Below, piece by piece: positions 24,643 through 34,867 of a stretch of 64,000 nucleotides of DNA. Every line of letters starts with the position of its first letter. The stretch's first letter is position 1. The position numbers and the translations under genes were made by a program. The notes beneath the pieces are model-generated. The model saw only the letters and a program-made list of their open reading frames with translations. It made no database searches and was not told the origin of the DNA. Origin of the DNA: Parasitella parasitica NRRL 2501 (taxonomy: Eukaryota; Fungi; Mucoromycota); NCBI GenBank assembly GCA_025201805.1, contig MU619308.1, positions 70,443-134,442 of the forward strand. The letters run 5' to 3'.

Positions 24643-26143
24643 CTATTGCTGTTGCTGAAGTTTTTCAAGCTTAATTTTAGCCTCTTGCTCAGTATTTGGC
24701 AGGTAGTAGAGGTGGGGGAGTGATTTCGTCTTTCTGAACAAGTCATCCAAAGAAATCTCCCTTGGCTTTGTGTTTGCCGGTGGTAATTTCGCTGCTGGTG
24801 GATTGATCGGCTCTACAGCTTGAGCTAGCTGCTTTGTAATTTGACCGATACCAATGGAACGAAATCGTCTTGAGCCATCGTCGTTACTAGACGAACCAGC
24901 GGAGCTCAGCGCCTCGCCGGCTTTAACCTTGCTAATCATGTCTTCCCAGTCAACTTTAATACGCTTTTCTGCTGCATTCTGCTCGTACTCAATCAGCTTA
25001 TCGGCCTGGTCGGATGTTAATTCTCCAACTCTGAGTACCCGACCAGTATCTGCAGGAAATTTAATGCCATCGACTTTTGTAAAAGCGTCTTTTGACTGTA
25101 ATCTAGTTTCGTACTGTTCGCCCTCTTTTGTTAGTTATTTCTTCCTTCCCAAGTATGAATCCTGACTTACAGTGACATAGCAATGCGTTTTTATAGAATC
25201 CATCCAGAATCGCTTTACTGTGCCGTATTTTCCAAAGAGTTCCTGAACATGCTTGATAATTAAAGGGCGAATAAAGCCTTTAACGTATATCGCCGTCAGG
25301 TCTCCTGAGTCGTGTTTATTTCCGTCTGTCTTGAGTCGTTTGTCTATAGAGTATCATTAAATATTCTGTACGCAGCATTGCTTTTCTCGTCGTTTTTCTT
25401 TTACCATCATCTTCTTTTGAATCAGATTCGAGTCTCTTTCTTTTAAGTCCCGAGTCAACTTCAGTATCCATCATATCTTGGGTTTGCTTTTCAATCAATT
25501 GCTCTTGAGGTTTTTGAACCACTTGCTCTTGAGGTTTCTCACTTACTTGCTCCTGAGGTTTCTCAATCAACTGCTCTTGAGGCTTTTCAATCAGGCTTTC
25601 TTGGTGTTTCTCGACTTGTTGCGCTTGAGGTTTCGCAATTACTCCTTCTTGAGGTTTTTCGAGAGCTTGCTCTTTGTTCACTTTAGTTGAAGATTGGTCG
25701 ATATCTGTTACTATCGGTACCTGGACCACCTCCTCCGCAGATCTCTCAATTAGTTGCTCTTCAGGTTTCTTAATTATTTGGTCTGCAGGCTTCTTGATTG
25801 GTGGTTCTACAGACTTTGCAACTGTTTCCAAAGGCTTCTCGATCAATTGTTCGGTGGATTGTTCAATGACTGCACTACTTTCTGAAGTAATTTCAACGGT
25901 ATCGTTTGTTTGAATGGCATTAGTAGAGTCTTTTTTGACAATTTTTTCTTGTTCAACCGAAGCTTGTTTCTCTGCAGGCTCATCGATCAATTGTTCGTTG
26001 CCATCGCTACTGTTCTCTCTTCCGAGCGCCTCTGTCAAACGAGCAACAAGTTCATCTTTTTTACCTTTGGTTGGTAACCCTCTTTTGCTTAGTTCAGCTC
26101 GAAGTTCAGTAACTTTTAAACTGGATGGTTTGAAATCAGACAT
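24643..26143 (-). CDS. ACIN1: Acinus-like protein (SAP domain, RRM, RNPS1/SAP18-binding RSB motif; ASAP/EJC-associated)
   Basis: SAP (LKVTELRAELSKRGLPTKGKKDELVARL), RRM (IYVKGFIRPLIIKHVQELFGKYGTVKRFWMDSIKTHCYVT at ~25290-25170) and C-terminal SLDDLFRKTKSLPHLYYLP. At least two introns. Confidence 0.85.
25490..25665. repeat. 24-bp coding tandem repeat (KPQEQLIE-type octapeptide) inside Acinus
   Basis: Translation EKPQEGVI AKPQAQQV EKHQESLI EKPQEQLI EKPQEQVS EKPQEQVV QKPQEQLI. Confidence 0.85.
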
Positions 26144-26539
26144 ATTGCTAACTCTTGTTTGTATGAATAAAACGCGTCTACTGCAGTGTCTACTTTCTGA
26201 TGCGCTTTTATTCTCATGTGAGACATGGAATGTCAGTCAACTTTAACAGGTCACGATCAGTCAGTTGCCATGAGGTCTTGATGGATGAAGGCTTGCTCTG
26301 TAAGATCATCTAAAGCATTTAATGTACATAAAGTATTTACAGTCCTTGGTATCAATGGATACATGAGACATAATTCTTTAAGCTCTTTACAAGGACTCGC
26401 CTGCTTAACGCTTAAAACAGTAGCAATGAGCTATCTAGCTGCCAAACTGACCCCAGTTAATATCAAACGATCGCACTGCTGTGGTTATATTACATAGAAC
26501 ATTCAAAAGTTTTTTATTTATTATTATTTAAAGACAAAA

Positions 26540-27350
26540 CTATATTTCTGTTAGTTCTCATAGCTGAAATGCCATGATTAGCAGGACCACCCACGAGCAG
26601 GGCGAAATACATATGGTCCCAATCCCCAGATCTCAACCCCCAGACCTCAACCCCCAGACCCTAAATTGAGCTTCTTTCTTGATACTTGATCCTAAAGTCA
26701 AGACTTGTACCAACCAATGCACACACAAGCTTTGAATAATAGGGACTTCCAAGTCTATTGGTGATACTAGACGCATCTCCATGCTTTATCAGCCAACATC
26801 CTTCAAACACTCCGTACCTGCCATTGGGACAGTGGCCCACACAAGAACCGCACCTACACGTCGTGGCAGAGCATACATTCAGCTTCCAGTTCTTTATACA
26901 AGATGTACCAATTTAAATTGCCCAAGTAATACACCTATTTACTGTTTGGGATGCGAAGGGTTCACCTTCCAGTCGTAAGGGTTCCCCAAGCCAGTAGGCA
27001 GGATTCTCTGACTCTAAGCTTTCCTTCTGGCAGAGCTATAGCCATAGACACTACGTCAAAGTCTGATACTGGGTTGCAATGGTGCGACAAAGCGGATGAC
27101 GCAAACCCAACACAGAGAGGGAACACCTATGCATCATTTCCAGTAGTCAGTCAATGTATCCCCCACAACGACCCGAAGATCATTGCAGAGTAGACCAGTT
27201 TCGAAAGAAAGCTCCCTAGAACCGACAAGAACATCAATTAGGTGAATCAGATATGGAAAACCAGCAAAAACCAGGCAAAGTTGGCTATAAACACATCTTG
27301 TTAAGAGCCGATCAAGTCAAGAAGAAAGCTCAAGAGAATGAAAAAGAAAA
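26540..27350 (-). ncRNA. Candidate structured long non-coding RNA (identity unknown)
   Basis: No minus-strand ORF in the track. TATAAAAG lies ~40 nt upstream. A 24/26-nt near-perfect terminal helix (27310-27333 with 26666-26691) encloses a nested helix (27280-27296 with 26781-26797) and hairpins at ~27064-27115 and ~26935-27000. G-U pairs in the 27064-27115 hairpin work on the minus strand. Confidence 0.5.
26618..26661 (-). repeat. 15-bp G-rich tandem repeat (x3), potential G-quadruplex
   Basis: Minus strand GGGTCTGGGGGTTGAGGTCTGGGGGTTGAGATCTGGGGATTGGG contains five runs of three or more G. Confidence 0.75.
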
Positions 27351-27374
27351 TTATTGCTGCGGATTAAATACACG

Positions 27375-27382
27375 CTTTTATA
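27375..27382 (-). promoter_or_regulatory. TATA box for the candidate ncRNA
   Basis: The minus strand reads GATATAAAAG, followed by a pyrimidine-rich leader like those preceding other genes in the window. Confidence 0.45.
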
Positions 27383-27812
27383 TCGCGTAGCTGAAGCTGC
27401 TGGCGTCAAGCCTACAAATTACAGTGTCTATTTGATATAGGCACAATGCTTTTAAGTGATTTTTATAATAGTTTAATGGAAATCATTGTGTTTGGCCTGC
27501 TTGAATCAAAAACTTAATTCTTATATGTAATGAAAAATGTTAAAGAGGAGATTCATGCACTTCTTTTGACAGATGAAAGACTCTGCACGTAGCATAACCA
27601 CACGTGATGGAGCATATTCAGGTGGACGAAAAATCACAGCAGAGGTTCAATGAACTCGAAAATAAGGGTAAAAGGAGCGAGTCATTAATGGATATACATA
27701 ATATGAAGTACTTGTTGCTAATACTAATCAAGACCACCATCTAGGCTTTCATGTTTACAAATTGGAACCCTCCATGTTGACTCATTTAACCTTGATTTCA
27801 CGGTTTAAATGA

Positions 27813-27816
<4 letters not shown>

Positions 27817-27879
<63 letters not shown>
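27817..27879. repeat. ~63-nt poly(T) homopolymer
   Basis: Directly visible; it explains the spurious poly-K ORF 27798-28106. Confidence 0.95.
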
Positions 27880-27883
<4 letters not shown>

Positions 27884-28710
27884 CAGCAAAGATGTAGAGT
27901 GATGTCTTATATATGATGAGAATTGGCACAAATGTCCATCTACATGCTTTCTTGTCTGTACAGTATCCATCGTAGTAGTTCCTTGCAATGAAAAATAGGC
28001 TATAAAAGGGTTTTGGTTTATACTGTATTTGTGTCGAATTCAACACATCTCCAGTGAACCAACTTGCCATAACTTTAAGGATATCACTGTTCTGCTTATT
28101 GATCATCGTTTACATCGATCGTATGACTTATGGCTGCAGATAACAATTCAAAGTTGGTGTAATCATAATACCTTGGTATAAATTTCCCTGAATTGCCCTG
28201 CAGTTAAATCCTGCTGGATAGACCTACCGAAAAGTTATATATGAACCTTTAGGAAATCACCTATAGTCCCATTTAATTACTTTACTATATGCTATCAACA
28301 AATCAAAAGTACGTAAATAGCCTGGTCAATGGTATATCCTATCCAAATCAGCTTGGAGCAAGTACACTGAAATGACGTATTGCCACTGCATACTGTGCAA
28401 CTTGGGGATTTGTGCATCAGGCATCAGTTACCACAAATTTGAAACTTTAAATCATAATCTACACCCTTGTCTACGCGTGCGAAATACGAAAAAACTTGCT
28501 GTCAAACTCTCCTTCGTGAGAAAAGAAAGGAATCCGTCAAGGGTTAGGGACGTATATTTCTTTATAACAAACTTGAAGCAAGAGGTGTAACTTTATTTAA
28601 TGAATAAAAAGCGTTGCACAATGTCAATTTTTTTTTCTTCGATTATAATATCTTAGTAACAGTGTACGGTATTTTATATATACATTTTGATTTTTCTTTA
28701 TCAAGGCGAT

Positions 28711-29422
28711 TTAGTTGACAGCCTCGAAATATTCCTTGGACTTTTGGACATCAGGCTTGATAGTCTTGGAACCAGCTTGCCAGTTGGCAGGGCAAACTTC
28801 ACCATGCTCATCAGTGAACTTGAAAGCTTCAACGAGACGGAGAACTTCATCAACGGAGCGACCAACGGGAAGGTCGTTAATGGTGATTTGACGAACAGTA
28901 CCCTTAGGGTCAATGATGAAGAGACCGCGGAGAGCGATACCAGCCTCTTCAATGAGGACACCGTAGTCCTTGGCGATAGACTTGGTCTTATCAGCCAAGA
29001 GAGGAATGTTCATCTCGCCGAGACCACCTTGCTTACGGGGAGTATTAACCCAAGCAAGATGAGAGAATTCTATAGAAAGAATTTTTAGTAACGCGTTTCC
29101 AGTTTCCATTCCAAAAAAAAAAAAAAAAAAAAAAACTTACCAGAATCAGTGGAAGCACCAATAACGACAGTGTCCAAAGCTTCGAATTCCTTGATACGTT
29201 CAGAGAAAGCAAGAATCTCAGTGGGGCAAACAAAAGTGAAATCCATAGGGTACCAGAAGAATACAACGTACTTGCCCTTGTAGTCAGAGAGAGAAATGTC
29301 CTTGAATTCACCTCCAACGACAGCGGGAGCAGTGAAAGCGGGAGCAGGCTTTTGAACTTGAGCGACTGTAATATAGTTGTTAGCGTCAATTTACAACCAA
29401 ATTGATAAATTTACATACCCAT
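28711..29422 (-). CDS. TSA1: Typical 2-Cys peroxiredoxin (thioredoxin peroxidase)
   Basis: Exons ATGG (29422-29419), 29365-~29142 and ~29069-28711 give [10 protein letters not shown]...[12 protein letters not shown]...GGLG...HGEVCPANW...KEYF. Confidence 0.95.
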
Positions 29423-29812
29423 TTTAGATATTGACTTTATTTCTAAACTTGAAAAAAAAAAAAGAAAAAAGAAAAGAAGAGAGTGTTCGACGGATAGGCC
29501 ACTATTTATAATCAAAGTCAAGTGTGCATTTATAACTCTTAGGTCAATCAACATCAAAACATGATTTGCTCAAGAGGCCCTTGAAGAAACCGGAAGGCGA
29601 AAATGGCTTACTAAAATGCAAATCTGCCAATAGTAAATGTTTTTTTTTACAAATCTTGGCCTGATTCTACATTTTCTGTCAAATCATAAAACGCTTAGTC
29701 ATGTCAAAATAGCACTTTGCGTCGAGAAAAAAATATAGACAAAAACCTTAATATATACTTTAAAAAAAATAAAGTGAAAATTTGTAGCACAAGTTCAAAA
29801 CATTATGTTTAT

Positions 29813-32800
29813 TCAAAATGGTGTATCCGGCAACGTATCAATAGGTTGAAAAGATAATCCAAAAGTTGATCTAACGCTACTATAATTTAATTGCGAATTT
29901 GTATTGTCATCAGTATCAGTCTATATACCAATTAGTATTAGCTATCAACTATAGATTTAAAAACTCAAATAGTTACCTTGTCAACATCCATTGTATTATC
30001 CAGTTTGACTAGACAAGAAAACGTTTGCTGATTATCAGCTTCATTCCACACAAATCTTGGGTTTCTTGTGACATCCAATTGCTTTAGATAGCTTGTCCAT
30101 TGCAATACATGGCCAATGCTATCAATTGTAATTCCGCAATCAGAGATTTCCAAAATATCTATTTTGGATTCCTGAATAAGTCCATTTAAAAGTGTTGCCC
30201 CTATCAATTTGCACAAGTTGTTTACAAATCCTCTTTGTTGTCATGACTACAATATTTTGCTTTACCTGCATCTCCAATTTCAGGGTTTGAATTGAGTGTT
30301 AGTTTTCTTAATTTCGAGACATTTTGAAGGCTATTAGCCAGCACCATCATATCTGCCAAACACGTAAGTAATATATCAATGGATAAAAACATCACTGTAA
30401 TTTACCTTGTCTTTCGAGCCCACATCCAGTGAAATCTATATGATTGAATAGTGGTTTCCTCTTGAAAAAACCTTTGAAATTATAGTTTAGTGTTGAAGCT
30501 GTTGTAAAGTTGAAATTGAAATCTGATAATCTATCCCCGTAAATGTTAGTGATGTTTACTAATATTATATTTCATTGGTCAAGACATACTTTGGTAAATC
30601 TGATAACAATTCAAAGTTTAGCCATTTTCCTTCAGTTGCTATACTCGATAGTTCCAGTTTAGATATCCTTTTGAGTTGTATCCATAGTGGAGTCCATTGT
30701 GTTAACATATTAATATCAAAATAATTGCCTGAGATATCAAGCGTTAGATTTGCACCTTGGGATCCTATCAGTGTTTTAGATACATTCTCTGATTCTTTAT
30801 TTGAAGTCGCACGTAGATGTACCTTTGCGCCCATGATTCGAATAAACAATTCGTAATGCCTCATCGATCTCAATAAATCTTCCTATTTCCGTGCCTACCA
30901 GGATTAGTTGCTTTAATGAGGGTACCTTCTCTAAAAATGCAGGAAGTTGTTTCAAGAATGCGGGGCCGAGCGAGTTGTAAGAAAGGTCAAGCGTTCGAAG
31001 ACGGTATCGACTGAGAAAAGAAAGGCATTTTGTTGTCAATCGATTGTTGCACACATGAAGCTCACTTAAGCCCTTATTGGCATGCTCCAAGAGGTATTCC
31101 AGGTTACCATCGTCTGTCATGAAAAAAGACTTGAGCTTTTCATTGAATGCATTTATATAATGTAAACCTACCAAGCATTGTGGATGACAAGTGCAATGTC
31201 TGCAATAATGGTGAATGTTGCAATACTTGTTGAATTACTGGTAATTGATCTTTTGAAATACCTAAAACGTATCAAGTGGTTGAGTAGGTTGTACCTGAAA
31301 GCAAATATAAGTTCTTTCATTTTACACAATTCCGCTAAAGATATGTTTGTGAAGCTCTCCTTTGCCAACTTGAGCTGTATTTCTCTTGATAGATCCACAC
31401 GCAATCTTTCGCAGGCATTTAGATAGATATGCAGTGGTGGTTTCTTTACGACTCCTTTTACAATGGCTTCTAAAGACTGATTATCTTTGACTATAATGCT
31501 GCGAATGTAATCTTCAGGATATATATCATGATCCATAGTGCGCATATGACTCATAATAGGCTTTCGTACCTCAAAAGTCAGTTTGCAGAGAAGACAAAAT
31601 GACGCCATTATCAAATACCTCGATACCATAATTATTCCAACATCGAACGGCAATGTCCTCCATTAATTTCTGAACAGTTTCAGGAATAGGATCGTAGTGA
31701 ATAGTGAGCTCTTTTGGCACGGGGAATAATATCTTGACTCGGATTTTCTATTGTAGTGCGTAAGATGGATGTATAATGTTAGCGTTTGGGTCAATTCAAT
31801 AATCACTTTTTTCGAATCTTTGTTGAATACTGGAATAATTCGACAGTGTTCTGGAAAAGTAACGTCCATACTGTAGCTGTTTTCCAATTTTTGTTTCTAT
31901 AATACTGGCATTAGTTTGAAGAATACAACGTGCACTGAATATTTAGTATTACAAGCAGCCTCTCCTCTTTAATAGCTTCTGTAAGCACCTTCTTGCATGA
32001 TTCCATTTGAAAATCCTGCTCAAAATATTCGTGGATCTGGACTCGAAGCTTGAACACATCGATTGTAAGATGCAATTGATTTAACGGATTATCCATAAAA
32101 TAAGCTTCCACATAATCAAATGTTTCGTTGCTCGTCTTGAGGTAATCTTCTTTGCGCTACAAATTAACACAAGTTAGTGCATGTCATACATATATATATA
32201 TATAAAACGCAACATATGTTACATATTCTCTCAATTTCCATTGAGCTTCTGTTTTGCGTTGCAATAACTCTGCGTAGATCAAGTGTGAAAAATCTCTGGT
32301 ATTCAGCAAAGCAATCAGGTGTTCGTCAATAAACTTGATGAGCATCCTGTAAAGCTCGTATTTTTGAAGCATTTCGATAAAGTCGAGAAAAAGGGCTGAT
32401 GTAGATGAGTTCATATTGATTTCTGTGATCAGCAAATCAAGTTGCTCTTTAGCAGACTTCACCCTTTTGACCATATTAAAGAGATTCTCCTAATGATTGT
32501 AAAATCAGTCAAACTCTTTGCAGCCCAAATACTTGTAATTACATAAATATGAATGGATTCTGTTTCTGCGCTAACTTCTTTCTTGTAAAGATGAGCACAT
32601 TCATTATATTCGCCCATAAACAGATGGAATTTGACTACATTGTCAGATTAATTTGGGAGTGTCATACTTTTACGAATAAAAACCAACTTCTCTCTTCAAA
32701 ACAAATCACTTTGTCTTGATCAAAATCATGTTTTAGCACTAACGCATACTCTCTCTTTTGACATTCTTTGACTAGATCATACTGCTGGATACGCTTGTAT

Positions 32801-33673
32801 AGATTTCCCAACTCCCACCACGCTGATTTTTCACTGGCATAATCCCCTAATTCCTGGGCCAGTGTGATGGCTCTTCTAAGGTTAGCTTCGCCTTCACTGT
32901 ACAAGTCATGCACTTTGCTCTCCATAACACCCAAGTTGAAATTGGATGATTGAATCAATCTTTTGATATCGTCATCCTGCGGATCCTCTACATCGTCTAG
33001 TGTCATGGTATCGATAATATCTCTTTCAAGCTGATAATAGTGTTGCGCATTCTCGTAATCTGAATGTCTAGATTCTGGTCCATCATTGCTTTTCATAAAG
33101 TAGATATCGCCCAGCACTCGATATATGCTTTGGTATAATGATTTCATCTTGGGAAGCCCTTGATTCATTGATTCCAGCTCTTTCAGCAGATTAATCGCTG
33201 TTTTTTCATGCTTTACTGCAAATTCGTATTCAGTTAATCTATTGAGCGTGTAATATTAGCAATGAATTTGATGCTAGTACGCTGTATAAATGGGTTACAC
33301 TAGATAACTTTGACCTATGCTTTTATGGGCTCTGTTTATAGAACTGTCAATATACCTCTTCCAGCAGTACAAGTTGTAATTACAAATACCTCGGTAAGAG
33401 AGATTTATAGTTGATGTCTTCTAAAATTCGTACGGCCTTCCTGCTCAGGTTAATAGCCTTCCTCATTATAGTCTCATATCTCTGCTCGTCTTCTTCTATT
33501 AGCTCAGAGCTATCTGCTTCGAGCCATTCTATCAATTCAAACGCTGTTTCTGCGGCTTTTATTCTATTACTGCTTGCTAAATACGAGTTGTACTTTGATA
33601 CATGGAATTTGTAGCCTTCAGTCAAATTATCTGCGTGAGCGTATTGAATGCCATATGTAACTGTCTTGCCCAT
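29813..33673 (-). CDS. TONSL: Tonsoku-like protein (TONSL/TSK): N-terminal TPRs, ubiquitin-like domain, C-terminal LRRs; many introns
   Basis: TPRs (SNFNLGVMES..EGEANLRRAITLAQELGDYASEKSAWWELGNLY). Spliced UBL KIRVKILFP..TVQKLMEDIAVRCWNNYGIE/PIMSHMRTMDHDIYPEDYIRSII..KPPLHIYLNAC aligns by recall to animal TONSL IRVRV..[44 protein letters not shown]. RI-like LRRs (LRTLDLSYNSLG, LDISGNYF, LDVTRN). Confidence 0.72.
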
Positions 33674-33842
33674 AATAAACCAGTTGAAGTAAATTGGGAG
33701 AAGCAAGTCGTCCCCTTTACTCTCTCCCGCATCTCTCCCTTTTAAAGTTCAGTCCGAGTACCAGTAGGTTTTGCAGGTCTGATTGGCACGCACTAATGTC
33801 GAGAGACCACTACTCGTTTTCTCTTCCTCAACAAACAACAAA

Positions 33843-34609
33843 ATGGACGAGCATGGTTTTGAAGCAAGATTAAGGCATTTAGAGCATATTCTATTAGGAC
33901 AAAATAACACACAAGCCAAAGGGTCTGATGAGACACTGATTAAAAGAGTGCAAGCGCTTCAAAAAGAACTCGATACACTCTACAAGAACAACAAGGTTAT
34001 CAAGGAATTTATTGCCAAGTGTAATAGCAATATTGATTAGACGTATTTCTGATTTTCTCATATGCTACACAATAGACGAGACACATGCTAAGCTTTTTAA
34101 TCCTAACACGTCTACATATACCATGGAGAGAGAGATTCTTACACCAGACGTTAAGCTCGAGCTTTTATTAACAGCAAACGATGATCTCGAGAAGTTTGCT
34201 CAAGAAGTAAAGCAAGTGAAAGACTTGGAATACGTTGTAAATGGATCCAATTTTGATGGTATATTTTGTTTGCACCTGGTTCATTGCTGGTCGATTCACT
34301 AATGCAATTATATTTTGTGTGCTCATGCAGTTGTAGAAACATTGGGCCCTAAATTGGCCCATTTGGAGGTGACACACACAGACCGAATGTCTGAATTGAA
34401 TCAAATCACCAAGCAAGTATCTGATTTCATGGAAAGATATAACCACACTGTAAGTTTTGCTCATTTAATTTCAATGGCGAGGATGTCTTGATTCTGATTC
34501 TATGCGGTAGGTGAACACTTTATCTGAAATCTTTATTCAATGGGATCATATTTTGACAAACATGGAATCTCATTTGAGTGTCCTTGAACGTCAAAATGTA
34601 GCTGCTTGA
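33843..34609 (+). CDS. DCTN3: Dynactin subunit 3 (p22/p24)
   Basis: MDEHGFEARLRHLEHILLG...VKLELLL...LEYVVNGS...RYNHT/VNTLSEIFIQWDHILT; three short introns; coiled-coil, ~175 aa. Confidence 0.8.
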
Positions 34610-34867
34610 TCGCCATAAACACTTTAAAAATTATCTTTGAAATAAAATACCAACATAATATTCAAATGATAAACACTAGAAGGGGTGATTTGAATTTTAT
34701 GCGTAATACACCATCCGTTTGCATTCACCGGTTTTCTTGAGCAAAATTAAACAAAGAGCATTTCGTAATTAACGGCGGACTAGTGTATTGTTGATATCTG
34801 CAATGTATAAATTTATTATTTACCAGTATTAGTCCGCATATACCGCATACATTATAACAGATTCTGC

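Noticed and set aside
26781-27193. Plus-strand ORFs of 65 and 80 aa in the candidate ncRNA
   Set aside because: Short and motif-less; promoter and structure signals point to the opposite strand.
26666-27333. MITE interpretation of the terminal inverted match
   Set aside because: No target-site duplication, and the nested helices, strand-biased G-U pairs and upstream TATA fit an RNA better; not fully excluded without a copy-number search.
28541-28549. gggttaggg telomere-like word
   Set aside because: A single 1.5-unit match, not an array.
28687-29088. 133-aa plus-strand ORF
   Set aside because: Antisense to the codon-biased peroxiredoxin exon.
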